This document shows, one piece after another, positions 1 to 12,356 of a stretch of 64,000 nt of DNA (the stretch's first letter is position 1; each line of letters begins with the position of its first letter). The stretch comes from Octopus vulgaris. Taxonomy: Eukaryota. The stretch is taken from positions 37,076,001 to 37,140,000 of the forward strand of contig OX597820.1 in the NCBI GenBank assembly GCA_951406725.2. Direction: 5' to 3'. Both the position numbers and the translations under genes were made by a program. The notes beneath the pieces were generated by a model. That model did no database searches, was not told the DNA's origin, and saw nothing but the letters and a program-made list of their open reading frames with translations.

Positions 1-176
1 TGTTTTACTCATTTTGCCCCACATAATCTCTCTTTTGTATGCTCAAAGACAATGGAGATAGTTTTCTGAAAGTGCTCTGAATATGTTATAGTTTTAAATG
101 CATTTAGAGAAGGTCGTTGTAAATTTTTTTCGCTCCAAGAAAAAAAATGCAGTGTTACTCATTGTGCCCCACATAT
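1..176 (-). mobile_element. Terminal fragment of a pogo-like non-autonomous DNA transposon (continues left of window)
   Basis: Reverse complement (gtggggcacaatgagtaa...ctaaatgcatt..aaaacta...tttcagaaaa.tatctc...ggggcaaaatgag) aligns with 15921-16295 once the 16065-16204 insert is removed. Confidence 0.6.
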
Positions 177-299
177 CCCCCACAGGAAAGTGAAGACAAT
201 AACAAACTATGTCGTTGTAGTGGAATACGAGATAAAAACATGGAACAAGAGTGGATGAAAAAATAATAGAAGGGGAGGAGTTTGAAAGAGCTAGAATAA

Positions 300-750
300 A
301 AATAAAATAGAGTCCCTGAAAATTGGATTAACTTTGGTATTTCAATGAACGTAAACATCAGAGAGCATGAAGAAAATATAAATGAAGAGGTAAAAGAAAA
401 CAGGACTTTGTAGGGAACAGACATGGTGTAGATGAAATAGAAATGTAAATATGAGAGGTTTAATATAAATGTAGAAATATATTAAATCTATAGATGATAC
501 TTACATAATAATGTAGTTATATGAAATGAGTGATGTACTGAAGTAGCGATGAGGACATTGGTAAATTGAGCAGAACTTTCAACTACTTCTTGCAGGACAT
601 CTTAAATTTCTTCTTCTGGTTATTAAATAATCAATTTTTTATGTTAATTTGTGATTACTGATACAGTCTAAATAGGTTAATAGAAAGAATACTATATCTA
701 CAATATTTATAAATATAATGGCGAGTGAAGGTAGACATACCGGAAGTCAC
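300..750 (-). promoter_or_regulatory. Promoter and non-coding first exon of a predicted minus-strand ZNF paralogue lying left of the window
   Basis: Reverse complement matches 4335-4770 (agtagttgaaagttctg, acttcagtacatc, ataactacatt) and 46300-46430; GTAAGT donor at 504-499; ETS-type CCGGAAGT 740-747; YY1-like AATGGCG 717-723. Confidence 0.55.
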
Positions 751-1103
751 TGATAACGTTGGAAGAATTGATTTCCAATCACTGGAGAGTTCTTTGCAAA
801 TCTTGGTGATTGTGTTTTTAGTGTCATAACATTCATCAAGTATTCTCTCGTCTTTACCATCTATATTAAGACATACTACATTTTCCATTTTGGCCTTCTT
901 TATTCCTGCTGTTTAATCCCAAGTCAGCACTGATCCGGTGTTTTGATAAAGGACAGTTGATTGGTAGATCTGTTTGCCCGTTGGGCAACATGCTTATGGA
1001 ATTTGTCACGACCATTTCCATTTTGCATTCAATGACGTTGAGATTAACTTTTACTCTTCATCGTTTCTTTTTTGGAATGGGTTTATCTTCTTTAATGCTT
1101 GTG

Positions 1104-1742
1104 TGGCGGAGATAAAGAATACGGAAACACCTCACCACCCACCCCCATTTTCTTTCAAATTTGTTTGTTTAAAAAATGGGGGGGGGGGGGGCAAAAACCC
1201 CCGTTTTCGGATAGAGGTTCCGGAAAACTGCAAAAAATCGGCATTGTTAAATTTCTGCCTCCCCCTTTCCACCCTCAAATTCTTCAATTTTGACTTTTTT
1301 CCCCAACACTAACCCTAACCCTAAAACCCCAACCTTAACCGTAACTACAAAAATGCTTTGAAATTTTTGTCCGAATTATAATGTCCGTATTTTTCCGCAT
1401 ATTTAGAAAAAAAAATTCTAAAAAAAAAAATTTTACAAAAATTTTTGGAAATTTTTTCCATAATCATAATCTGCGTATTTTTCCGCATATTTTGAAAGAA
1501 AGAAAAATTTCTGAAAAAAGTAACAAATGAAGGAAATGGGGGTCGTAATTAAAAAATGCCGATCTTTGCCAATTTTTTTGCAGAATTGTATTTCCTCGTA
1601 GCCGAAAAGGGGTGTTTGTGTCGAAAAAGAAAATTTTAAAAGAAAGGGTGGTGGTGGGGTCTTGCCAAGAATACACACACCATCTGTTTTCGGCGTAACC
1701 CTAACCTCCAAAAACGGGTGGTGTGCATATTTTTCACCTTCG
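1104..1742. mobile_element. MITE-like element with imperfect TIRs and (CCCTAA)n-like patch; locally homopolymer-rich
   Basis: gcggagataaagaatacggaaacacc at the left end versus ggtggtgtgcatatttttcaccttcgc at the right end; ctaaccctaaccctaa near 1310. Confidence 0.35.
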
Positions 1743-2039
1743 CCCAAAAGGCTGCCCAAATTCTTATCAAGGTTTATTGTGTTGAAGTAGATAACTTTTA
1801 ACAAGCTGCACAGACTTTAATGTGAGGTGTATGAAGTTGTCCTATTTCTTATTTGAAAAGCGAGAACAACTGATGTGACACGTCTGTTTTCAAATGTATA
1901 TTGAAACCTTTTCAGGTGCTGAATACCATCCCTCCTTCCCATATTCCCACCCACACCCCTTTCCCAGTTCTCAGAACTGACCCTGTCAATGTAGGCACAT
2001 TGAAACGTAGGTCTAGTGAGATTGTTAAGATGCTTGAAC

Positions 2040-3415
2040 AGAGGCATGTGATGCATGTTGCATTCAAGAGGTGAGGTGGATATGAGCTTCATTCAAGTTC
2101 CTGACAGGCAAGACACATAGGTATAAAATCTTTTGGGAAGGTTAGCAACAGCTGGGTAGGTGATGTGGGCATACTCCTTGCAGAGAAAGGGGTGGATAAG
2201 GTCATAGAGGTAGTCAGAGTGTGCAATAGAGTATATAGGCTCAGGCTAGTTTTGCAGAATAGTATAGCAAAAATTATCTCTGCCTAAACACTCCCAAGCA
2301 GGTCTACCAAATGAACAAAAGGACTGCTTTTATGATATTCTTCTGCAGGCTACATGAAAGACAAATGACAATGATCTCATCTTCGTAGCTGGGGATTTCA
2401 ATGGGCATGTCAGGCAGCAGGGAACTGTATCAGATAGCTAGAAGGGAAGCTAGGAGACATGTATATCTAACCAGGGGAGAAGTAGACAAGATAAGGTTTG
2501 CCTATGTCCAGCAACGTGAGGACCAAAGACATGAACTGTTTTGGATTGCAAGACAGTGTATGAGAGAAAATTGTGATGTCATAGGTGAGAAATGTGTCCA
2601 CGTGGATGATGGTGCAGATGCATTCAATGATTCTGCAAAGAGAGAGGCTTGGCAATGCCATTATGAATGACTGCTGAATTTGGAGAATGAATGGGAAGAG
2701 GAGAGTTTGCCAAATGTTGACCAACTGAGTCAACAGCTATCCAAATCGACAGTAGCTTAGTAGATAAATCAATTAAGGACATGAAAACAAGAAAGGCTCC
2801 TGACCCATCAGGTTTTTCCACTGAGATGCTTAAAATATCTGGCAGAGTAGGATATAGCCTAGTCACCATAATCAGGTTGTCAACAATTGGTGTAGCAGCA
2901 TCATAATCAACTACTACAAAGGCAAAGGTGACACCTTAGACAGGAATAATTACAGAGGCATAAAACTGCTGGACCAGGTGATGAAAATCACAGAGAGGGT
3001 CATAGTTCAACTAATTTGGGAGAGAATTAGCATAGATGAAATGCAGTTCAGATTTGTGCCAGGCAGGAGCACAATTGATGCTATATTCCTAGTTTGGTAA
3101 CTTCAGGAGAAATATCTAGCCAAAAATAAACATCTGTACCTGGCTTTTGTCAATTTGGAGAAAGCTTTTGACAGAGTCATCCGCTCCTTTATTTGGTGGT
3201 CAATACAGAAGCTAGGGATAGATGAGTGAATGGTGAGAGCTGTACAAGCCATGTACAGGGATGCTGAACGTTAGCAATGAGTGTAGCAAGGAATTCAGGG
3301 TACAAGTAGGAATTCACCAAGGGTCAGTTCTCAGCCCCCTCTTGTTCATCATAGTCTTCCAGGCAATAACAGGAATTTCAGACAAGCTGCTCCTATATGC
3401 TAATGATCTTGTTCT
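2040..3415 (+). mobile_element. RTE-clade non-LTR retrotransposon, degraded 5' half (APE endonuclease + RT up to YADD motif)
   Basis: Translated motifs CCIQEVRW, AGDFNGHV, KGKGD..NYRGIKLL, QFRFVPGRSTIDAIF, AFVNLEKAFDRV, GIHQGSVLSPLLF, LLYANDLVL; many stops and frameshifts. Confidence 0.9.
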
Positions 3416-4269
3416 TGGCTTCAGTCACAAACACACACACACACCTATTGCATACATGTTCATGTGCGTGTAAGGGAGAGAGAGGGTATGTTTTTTTGCT
3501 TTTGCTTGTTGTTTCTCTCCCTCTCAATCACACCGCACGCACACACACACACATCAATTCCTCCGCTTAACGTTGACTTCAAAAGATAACTTACCTGATC
3601 CAATCACTCTCTCTCTCTCTTTCCCTGTCTCTTTCGCTTTTACGCCAACTTTAAGACGGCGATCTTTCATTACAAGAACACACGACTACTAGTTACAAAC
3701 GACGTGTGTTTATTTCCCTACATAAAAAAAAAAACTAGAAAAGAGGGCTTAGTTAAATAGAATTAAAATAAAATACATTTCTAGCAAACTAAAGAAATCT
3801 GTGGTTACTTAGCATGCTCGAAATAGTAACCAATTCTTCTTTCAGTCACAATCTAAGATTATTTATAACAGGACACGTATCACTGAAAAAAAAATGATCG
3901 TGGCAAGAATTATCTTTGATTTTAAGCCTGTTGGAACGCAGTAGAATTGCTCTAAACAACAACTATGTTGAAGATTGTTTATAAATTTATTGGGCAAAAC
4001 ACGAATGTTGTTAGTAAGACGAAGTAACTCGAGATGCCCTGAAATAGTGGGACTTGAGAGTGAACGAGAGGATGTTTCCTGGGGCTAAATAACTGTGCTA
4101 GAGTTTTCTTTCTATGTAATAATTCATTCGGTCGCGATTCCAAGTTTCTCACATGAATTTCGAAGGAGCAATAAACAAATATACACCGCAATGCTCTAAC
4201 TTTAAACAGATACTTTCTATTTTACTGCATTTACTTTTACCGACGCTCTTCTACACACATTTTCTCTGA

Positions 4270-4770
4270 CACAAGTTCTAAATATCTACTATATAGAACT
4301 CTCTATTGGTTAGAGGTAGGGTTTACCACACAAGTACTGACGCTTTCGATATGTCAACTTCAGTCATTTCTATATTTATAAATTGAATAGCTATTTTATT
4401 TTTTGTTTACATATATTTATACTTTGTTAGTAATTAACTGCTGTGATTAACTTAAGAGATTGTTGATTAACCAAACAAAGACAATAGAAATATCTTGTAA
4501 GCAGTAGTTGAAAGTTCTGTCTATTAATTTCAAGTTTTGCCACTTCAGTACATCTTTATTTCATGTTATAACTACATTGTTTTGTAAGTAATATTTATAT
4601 ATAATTTACACAATTCTTTTATACTAAACTTCTTCTATCAGTTACATCATTCCTGCTCTCTGTTGTTTTATGTTTTATCTCATGTTTACTTCATTCTCTC
4701 TAATTTCTTGCTTTTGAAATTTATTATTTTTTTCAAGGATATATTTTCATTTTTTAAATTCTGCTTTCTC
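4270..4770 (+). promoter_or_regulatory. Putative promoter and non-coding first exon of ZNF-A, donor GTAAGT at 4584
   Basis: Homologous to modules at 300-750(-), 17790-17870 and 63060-63480; ATTGG (inverted CCAAT) near 4305; canonical donor followed by pyrimidine-rich intron start. Confidence 0.55.
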
Positions 4771-6470
4771 TTTGTTTTATAAACATACATCAGACATTTG
4801 CATGTCAGCGAGAAATTCAAAAGTGCAATCAATTGATTACTACATTCCATAATATCAAATTTGTCTTTGTTTAATATTTGCACTGGCTACGGAATAAAAT
4901 ACTAGTGGGGAGTAGAGTCTAATGGGTCAGTGGGATATAATGAGTCATTTGCCCAGATTTCCATAATTTTTTGTCAACTCCAAACCAGAAAGTATGATGT
5001 AGCAGCTATTATGAATTGTATCATCCCTCCTGCTATTAATATAAATGTATCTTCCTGGTGATTCCTTTTCAAGTTCTTCAGTCATAGACCAACCAATTTT
5101 TGATCGTCAAGTAAAACTTCGCGGCGCTGCAAGAAGTACTATAAATTCGAATTTCTTGTACCATAAGTATGTTCGGAGTATCCTTCTATGTTATGTCGGA
5201 TAAAGGAAATATCATTGGAAATTATAAAATTCAAAGTAATTCAAAAGTGGGGTATAATGGACCACTTAAATAGAAGAAAAGAAGTCTTCCACAGTCTACA
5301 CATATGTGCCAGTATCTGAACGTGTTTTAGCAGCATTATTTCATGTAATTAGTGATATTTACACGGAATCAAAGGGTGGTAAGGTGATTACATCGTTATT
5401 CCATGAGGAAAACAGAAGTTAAAATAAGTCATTCATCCCGTTATGATAATGTGTTTCATGGAAAATATGCTCTCTCAAATGATAATCTCATTGGAGAATT
5501 CCATGGAGTAGGTCTCTTGCTTGTAGATTGAGCTGCTGTTGATGACAAGTTGGCATCCTTGAAGAGCCAAAGCACAAGCTTTCTTTAAGTTTCACTGAAT
5601 CATCATTTAATTGCTTGAGAAGAATTTGAGCCATTGCCCCTGAAACCAGAATTGGAGTCACTGACTCTAACAAGAAGAGGCAGTGTGTCCAAGCTTCCTA
5701 TGGAAAAGCCCTAACATTTATGAGGTTGTCAAGTAGCTTTAGATTGAGGCAGAAGAGTGTGCAGCAAAACATGCACCAAAAAAGCATTGGAAGTCTAAGA
5801 GTGGAAAGGAAGGAGGGTCACTTGTTACAAAATGGCAGAAAACATGTAGTACAGTGTGTTACAATAATGATAATGGCCATGATAGTGTAAATTATTTGAA
5901 GGATGAGGATGGTGATTGCTCCTTTTCTAAGAGATTTTGGAGTAGATAAAAAGGTAAGAATAATGAAGTTTGGTTGCTGTGTGACCTTTGTGATGATTAT
6001 GTCTATCCATAGATATTCAAAGGGCAACTAAGATTTCTGTGAGAAGTGTACAGCTTAACCTGGACTACATGTGCTATATGGAAGATTTTGTTGTGATTGA
6101 TTTAACCTTCAAAGTGACTGTTGTTTGATAAACATGGTGGTTGTTTTTTTTTATTTTGTTGAAAATTGAATTTATTTAACTGTAGATGTCTCTCATATAT
6201 TTCTTTAGTGATTGTTATCAACGTTCACCCAGAGTTTGTAATTTTTATCCAAATACTGCTCTCTGTGTCACTCCATTTGTCGATAACCCATTATGCCCCA
6301 CCAAATATTAAAATTTTAGATATTTACAACAGTTCAAATACAATTAAGTCTATGAATTGAGTATTCAAAATTGCTTCCTGATCCATCGAATGTACTTATC
6401 CAAATCATAATGCACTTTTTGAGATTGTAAATCCATTTTAACTGTTATATGTTGGTTTTTATTTGACATA

Positions 6471-6630
6471 GGCACAGGAGTGGCTGTGTGGTAAGTAGCT
6501 TACCAACCACATGGTTCTGGGTTCAGTCCCACTGCATGGCACCTTGGGCAAGTGTCTTCTATAGCCTTGGGCTGACCAAAGCCTTGCGAGTGGATTTGGT
6601 TGACAAAAACTGAAAGAAGCCCATTGTGTA
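6471..6630 (+). mobile_element. tRNA-derived SINE (family 1)
   Basis: Box A-like tggctgtgtggt, box B-like ggttcagtccc, CORE-like ccttgggcaagt; further copies at 11985, 14255 and 51880. Confidence 0.85.
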
Positions 6631-6740
6631 TATATATATATATATAATTTTAATCCAAACGGGAAACAAAAAAACAACAACAAGGGAACAATTACAGTAT
6701 TATTATTAATAGGCGCTCAGGAAATGGAAGCAGGGAGGTA

Positions 6741-6770
6741 TGACGTTTCGAGCGGAGCTCTTCGTCGGAA
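6741..6770 (-). ncRNA. Minimal hammerhead ribozyme-like motif (Penelope-type repeat fragment)
   Basis: Minus strand ttCCGACGAa-gagc-tcc-gctc-GAAAcgtca: core CUGANGA with a U4C variant, stem II, GAAA, short stem III. Confidence 0.5.
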
Positions 6771-7231
6771 ACATAAAGAAGGAAGAGAGAGGAAAGAAAG
6801 ATCCCGGAGCGGGCAACGGAGATAGAGAAAAAAACGGCTGGTGTTAGGAGTAGCACATGGTGAAAGGCGGATGTTTACGATAACAAGAGCAAAGTGGGTT
6901 TTTAAAGGCAAAAGAGTGGAGACAAGGTTGGTAACGCAACAGATGTGTGTGTATGTGTGAGTGTGTGCGTGTGTGTATGTGTGTGTGTGAGGCGAGGTAA
7001 AAAAACAAAAAATATATGTATGTGTTAGTGTGTGCGTCTGTGTGTAGGCGTGTGAGGTAGGGCGAGACGGTGGTCAGCATAGCAGCAGCATAGCAGACAA
7101 AGGTCAGTAGTGAGAAAAGGGAGGAAGGAGGAAGGGAGGGAGGGGAAGGGGTGGGGGCGTATGTAGCGTGCCAGCGTGTGTTGAGTAGTAGTGTGTGTGT
7201 GTGTCCAGTGTCGTGGTAGTATTAGTGGCGA

Positions 7232-7464
7232 TGTTAAAAAACACCATCCGAGCGTGGCCGTCTGCCAGCCTCGTCTGGTACCTGTGTCGGTGGCACATAA
7301 AATCACCCACTACACTCTCGGAGTGGTTGGCGTTAGGAAGGGCATCCAGCTGTAGAAACACTGCCACATCTGACTGGCCTGGTGCAGCCTTCGGGCTTCC
7401 CAGACCCCAGTTGAACCGTCCAACCCATGCTAGCATGGAAAGCGGACGTTAAACGATGATGATG
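7232..7464 (+). mobile_element. SINE/RTE-tail repeat (family 2) ending in (GAT)n
   Basis: ggcgttaggaagggcatccagctgtagaaac...catgctagcatggaaagcggacgttaaacgatgatgatg; copies at 26038, 45846, 47333 and others. Confidence 0.8.
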
Positions 7465-7484
7465 TCTGGGTGGCAGTGTGTCCG

Positions 7485-7536
7485 ATGAATGTATGTGAGT
7501 ATGTGTGTATATATGTGTGTGCATAGATGTATGTCC

Positions 7537-7606
<70 letters not shown>

Positions 7607-7650
7607 GTATGTATATATATTTATATACATATATATGTATGTGTGTGTCT
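7485..7650. repeat. Compound (TG)n/(TA)n microsatellite
   Basis: Direct inspection. Confidence 0.95.
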
Positions 7651-7654
7651 GTGT

Positions 7655-7842
7655 TTGTCCTCCCAGCATCACTTGAAAACCGATGTTGGTGTGTTTACAT
7701 CGCCATAATTTAGCGGTTCAGCAAAAGAGGCCGATAGAATAAGTACTAGGCTTACAAAGAATAAGTCTTGGGGTTGATTTGCTCGACTAAAGGTTGTGCT
7801 CCAGCATGGCTGTAGTCAAATGACTGAAACAAGTAAAAGAGT
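7655..7842 (+). mobile_element. SINE 3' part (family 3-related)
   Basis: gatagaataagtact...gtgctccagcatggctgtagtcaaatgactgaaacaagtaaaagag; same tail at 49597-49650. Confidence 0.7.
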
Positions 7843-8781
7843 ATTGTTTTCAAAATTTTGGGAAAATTGACCCATTATGCCCCACCCCACCTTACTAACT
7901 TGAACAAGAGTAAGTCATTAATTCTTCACATTATGCTGCCAACTCAGAAGTAAATACAAAGACAATAATAAGTATTTTGGATGCAACTGTATTTAACACT
8001 GAATTATACAGCAATGATGCTGTCAATTAATATCAAACAAATTTCAACTCATTATGTTGCTGCTGCAATGGATTTAAAGATTTTCTGAGCACTAATGATT
8101 GTTTATATCAAATGTAGATTTGTAAATCTACAAAATGATAAATAAAAAGGGTTGAGGAAATAAAAAAAGGTATGTTCTGGAAGTACTTGTAAAAGTACTC
8201 TTGAAACACTGTGAAGTTCAGTGAAGTTAACATCAAAGGAAAGAAGCAGTTACAATATTTCCTTGGACTCGTCAGTTTCTATAGATGTGTTAATCATCAT
8301 TAGAACTCCATATTGTTACTTGCATCACTGTATAAATATTCCAGTTTCATTGGAAAACCAACAAGAAAAGAGGTTTGGGCATATAAAGCTTATCATCATC
8401 ATTTTAACATACACTTTTCATGCTGACATGGGTTGCATGGGTCATTTCATTTCAAGTCACTCTTTATTCAGAATTGCTGCCCTGTTACATAGATCAGAAA
8501 ACCATGTCTCACTCTTATGTTCCATTTTTGACATGTTTTCTGCAGTTAGCTCTTTCTAAGATCACTTTAAAGATTGCACTGAAAGAATGTAATTGTGGTA
8601 GCAACACTGGAGGAGTGCCATGTCGCTGGTTAGATTAAGTGTTTTTTAGTCCTGTGTTGTCTCTGCTATCTACTATAGTGTACTCAGTATATTTTATTGT
8701 GCCAACAGTACCAGTGAGATTGCCTTGTACCCTATAAGGTCAAGACTCCTCACTACTCTGTGATTTCCATTTATCCAAGGC

Positions 8782-8985
8782 ATAAGAAAGTAGTATCCTC
8801 ACAGACACAGGAAAATATGGAAGAAAAATCACATCCTTGTGATATATGTGGCAAGTTATACATAATGAGAAAGAATTTAATGCAACATAAATTAAGCCAC
8901 TCAGTCTCCAAGTTGTACCACTGTGAAGTCTGCGATAAAAGATTTACTAGAAACAGTTTGTTGATACGCCACAAACGTATTCACA
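8782..8985 (+). pseudogene. 204-bp near-identical copy of the 5' coding end of ZNF-A (first two fingers), inside the presumed ZNF-A intron
   Basis: Aligns without gaps to 10074-10277 with about 7 substitutions; ORF 8760-9020 runs off into unrelated sequence. Confidence 0.9.
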
Positions 8986-9714
8986 AAGAGAGAAACTGTC
9001 AGAAGAATGATTGTGAGTGAAGAGAGTAAGAGCATGAAGGAAGAAACAGAGGTGTGGGTAATGGTCAGGAGATGGTTGAAAGTTACATGATTGTTTGGAA
9101 AAGAAATTAGTGGCAGCTACATAATTATTAGTGTGGGAGATTAATTGTATAATGATGATGATATATATAAGATGGAATCCCTGTCAGTTTTGATGTATAA
9201 GGGTCTGACTACGTACACTTTCTTCATCAGTTATGATTATGTTGAATGTTACATTTGAGTCTTGTCAATGATTTGCAAAGAAGCCTGCAGCTTTTGCAAG
9301 TATGAGGATTATGGGTAAGTGCAGGTGGTATATTTGCAGCTGCTTTTCTCCTTTGCTTTGCACCCCTGTTAATACTGGGTGAAACAAAGTCTCTTATACC
9401 ATTTTGTCATGACATACATACATACATGCATGCATGTGTGTGTGTATAAAAACGTGGATTTAAAAATGAGGGGAAATAACTAAAGTAAGTGAATTTCAAT
9501 ACAGGGTGGAATGTTTCAGTGTAAGAGAGGAATCAGTTTTCAAGACTGTCTTCATTCTAAGATTCACGACTATAGTCCTTACCCAGATTCACCAGAACTC
9601 TATACCAGAATGTCTTTTCTCTGTAAACATCTTCTGACTATTCCTTGCTATTCTAACTTTCAGTATGTGTGGTCAAATATTTTCTCTCTAGTAATCATAA
9701 TTTTGCTGTCTCTT

Positions 9715-9739
9715 ATGTTGTGTTCTTTTTAATTTCAGG
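9715..9739 (+). promoter_or_regulatory. Splice acceptor of the ZNF-A terminal exon (AG 9737-9738)
   Basis: Pyrimidine tract + tttcag|gttatctg, conserved upstream of all four ZNF CDSs. Confidence 0.7.
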
Positions 9740-10069
9740 TTATCTGCTGATATTGAGATAAAAATCTTTCACTAATGACGATCAACATATTTATCAACAT
9801 ATGAAAACTGATGTTAGCTGTATTTGCAGTGTTTGATTGAATGTATGTCACATTGTTTGCAAAAATTCTTACACAAATGTGTAACAATTAAACTTGGAAG
9901 ATTAACCATAAAATTTTAGCTGTATGTACTTTCGTAGCTGTACTTCTTAATTGAAGCAAATTTCACAATCCTATAGTTACAAAATAAATCCACTTGAAGT
10001 TTCTTAATAAAAACCACCATGCTTTAAACACAACCATCACAAAAAGAACATATAGATTAAAACAAAGTT

Positions 10070-11374
10070 ATGAATAAGAAAGTAGTAACCTCACAGACAC
10101 AGAAAAATATGGAAGAAAAATCACATCCTTGTGATATATGTGGCAAGTTATACATAACTAGAAAGAATTTAATGCAACATAAATTAAGCCACTCAGTCTC
10201 CAAGTTGTACCACTGTGAAGTTTGCGATAAAAGATTTACTAGAAACAGTTTGTTAACACGCCACAAACGTATTCACACAGGAGAGAGACCATATCATTGT
10301 GATATCTGTGGCGAAAGATTTTCTAGAAGTGGCAATTTGTCTCGACACAAACATATTCACACAGGAGAGAAACCATACCACTGTGATATTTGTGGTAAAA
10401 CATTCTCTGATAGTGGTATATTGTCTTCCCATAAACGTGTTCATACAGGAGAGAAACCATATCCCTGTAATATTTGTGGTAAAACATTCTCTCAGAGTAA
10501 TGTCCTATCTACCCACAAACGTATCCATACTGGAGAGAAGCCATACCTTTGCAATATTTGTGGTAAAACATTTTCCCAAAGTGGTAGTTTGTCTTCCCAC
10601 AAACATATTCACACAGGAGAGAAACCCTATCAGTGTAATATTTGTGGTAAAACATTCTCTAGAAGCAGTAACCTATATGCTCACAAACGTAATCACACTG
10701 GTGATAACCCATATAAATGTGATGTTTGTGGCAACACATTTTCTCTAAGTCGTGACTTATCTTCCCACAAACGTATTCACACAGGAGAGAAACCATATCA
10801 CTGTGATATCTGTGGTAAAACATTCTCTCAAAGTGGTAATTTATCTCAACACAAGCATATCCACTCAGGGGAGAAACCATACCATTGTAATATTTGTGGT
10901 AAAACATTCTCTCAGAAAGGTAATTTATATCAACACAAACTTATCCACACAGGAGAGAAACCATACCACTGTGATATCTGTGGTAAAAGATTCTCTCAGA
11001 AAGCTATTTTATCTAAACACAAACGTATTCATACAGGTGAGAAACCATATGAGTGTGATATCTGTAGTAAAGCATTCACTAACAATAGTAGTGTGTCTCG
11101 ACACAAACGTATTCACACAGGAGAGAAACCATTCTACTGTGATATATGTGGTAAAACTTTCACTCGGAGTAGTAGTTTAGCAACCCATCAATATGTTCAC
11201 ATTGGAGAGAAACCATATCACTGTGATATCTGTGGTCAAACATTTTCTACAAATAGAAATATATTAAGTCACAAACGTATCCACACAGGTGAAAAACCAT
11301 ATCACTGTCATATCTGTGGCAAAACATTCTCTAACAGTGGTACTTTATCTCGACATAAACATATTCATACGTGA
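10070..11374 (+). CDS. Tandem C2H2 zinc-finger protein ZNF-A, 434 aa, 15 fingers
   Basis: 15 CxxC-x12-HxxxH units joined mostly by TGEKPY linkers; 20-aa leader; no KRAB/BTB/ZAD visible. Confidence 0.95.
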   Translation: MNKKVVTSQTQKNMEEKSHPCDICGKLYITRKNLMQHKLSHSVSKLYHCEVCDKRFTRNSLLTRHKRIHTGERPYHCDICGERFSRSGNLSRHKHIHTGEKPYHCDICGKTFSDSGILSSHKRVHTGEKPYPCNICGKTFSQSNVLSTHKRIHTGEKPYLCNICGKTFSQSGSLSSHKHIHTGEKPYQCNICGKTFSRSSNLYAHKRNHTGDNPYKCDVCGNTFSLSRDLSSHKRIHTGEKPYHCDICGKTFSQSGNLSQHKHIHSGEKPYHCNICGKTFSQKGNLYQHKLIHTGEKPYHCDICGKRFSQKAILSKHKRIHTGEKPYECDICSKAFTNNSSVSRHKRIHTGEKPFYCDICGKTFTRSSSLATHQYVHIGEKPYHCDICGQTFSTNRNILSHKRIHTGEKPYHCHICGKTFSNSGTLSRHKHIHT

Positions 11375-11984
11375 GAGAAATATACAACCAATTTTACAGT
11401 ATATTTTCTGGAAATGATTAATTATCTAGACCATGTTATGTTAAATCAAGAAGAAATCACTGTGATATTTGAGGTAAAACTTTTTCTATGATTCATCTGA
11501 CATATTTGAATTTATTTATGTACATTTATGGACATTAATTTGAAATAAATGATCAGAAAATTTCTATATGGAATGTAAATGAGTGTCTTTGGAACAAGAT
11601 AAACAGTTGTAACTTTGTAAAAATCAAATGCAAATGAATTATATTACTTCTAGATAATACTGTGGAGTTAGTGGAAGAAATGAACATGCATAGAGCACAA
11701 AACATTTAATATGACACAAGTTACAATATTGTTAGGAGTAAAAATAAATAGAAAAAGGCGTAACAATGCAGAAATATATATAAAGTGAAGATATGTTTTC
11801 CATTTAATAATTGAGCACTAAGTAGGTGACTCAGTCAAATCTTGAGTGGTGTAGATATAAATTTGTATTTCTGCATTAAGAAATATTAGTTTTGGCTTGG
11901 TTACCTATGTTGTGCTTCCATGACAGTGGCACTTATCCACAACTATCACATGATATCAAGAGAAAGAGACATGCACACAATGAA

Positions 11985-12120
11985 TTCCTTTCAGTTCACT
12001 AGATCCACTAACAAGGCTTTGGTTAGCTTGGGGCTGAAGTAAAAGACAGTTGGCCAATGTGCCTCAGAGTGGGATTGAACCCAAAACTATGTGATTATGA
12101 GGCAAACTTATTAATCCTGC
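11985..12120 (-). mobile_element. tRNA-derived SINE (family 1), diverged
   Basis: Reverse-complement match to 6471-6630 (acaaggctttggt, gtgggattgaaccc). Confidence 0.7.
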
Positions 12121-12356
12121 AGATACACACACACAAACACACACTTCTATTTCATGCCACAGTAGTAGTATTACATTAAAACAACCATCTATGTAACATG
12201 CTTTATGTAAATTGTCTGAATGTTATATTTCTTATGGATTTACTGTCTTTAAAAACACAATATATATTGAAAGGAGGCAAAAATTAGACTAGTAGCAGCT
12301 AGTAAGGATGCTAGATGTATTTCTGTTTCATTGGGCATTGTCAATAGCATACTCAG

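Larger units (their letters stand above)
4903..7897 (+). mobile_element. Internally deleted pogo-like DNA transposon with C-terminal PHD-like remnant, hosting nested SINEs and microsatellites
   Basis: Ends tagtgggg...taatgggtca and tgacccattatgccccaccccaccttacta are inverted; internal copies of the motif at ~5248 and ~6286; 5917-6058 reads CSFSKRFW...WLLCDLCDDY...FCEKC. Confidence 0.55.

Noticed and set aside
1305-1345. (CCCTAA)n telomere-like repeats (also ~62120 and ~62320)
   Set aside because: Only 2-3 units inside interspersed repeats; not a telomere or interstitial array
974-1804. ORFs of 64-123 aa rich in F/K/P/G
   Set aside because: Arise from homopolymer-rich repeat sequence, possibly poorly polished; no domain signal
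6471-6545. tRNA-like sequence
   Set aside because: Box A/B present but no cloverleaf, and it continues into a SINE body; not a tRNA gene
7025-7713. ORFs with YI/HT/VC repeats
   Set aside because: Translations of (TA)n/(TG)n microsatellites and SINEs
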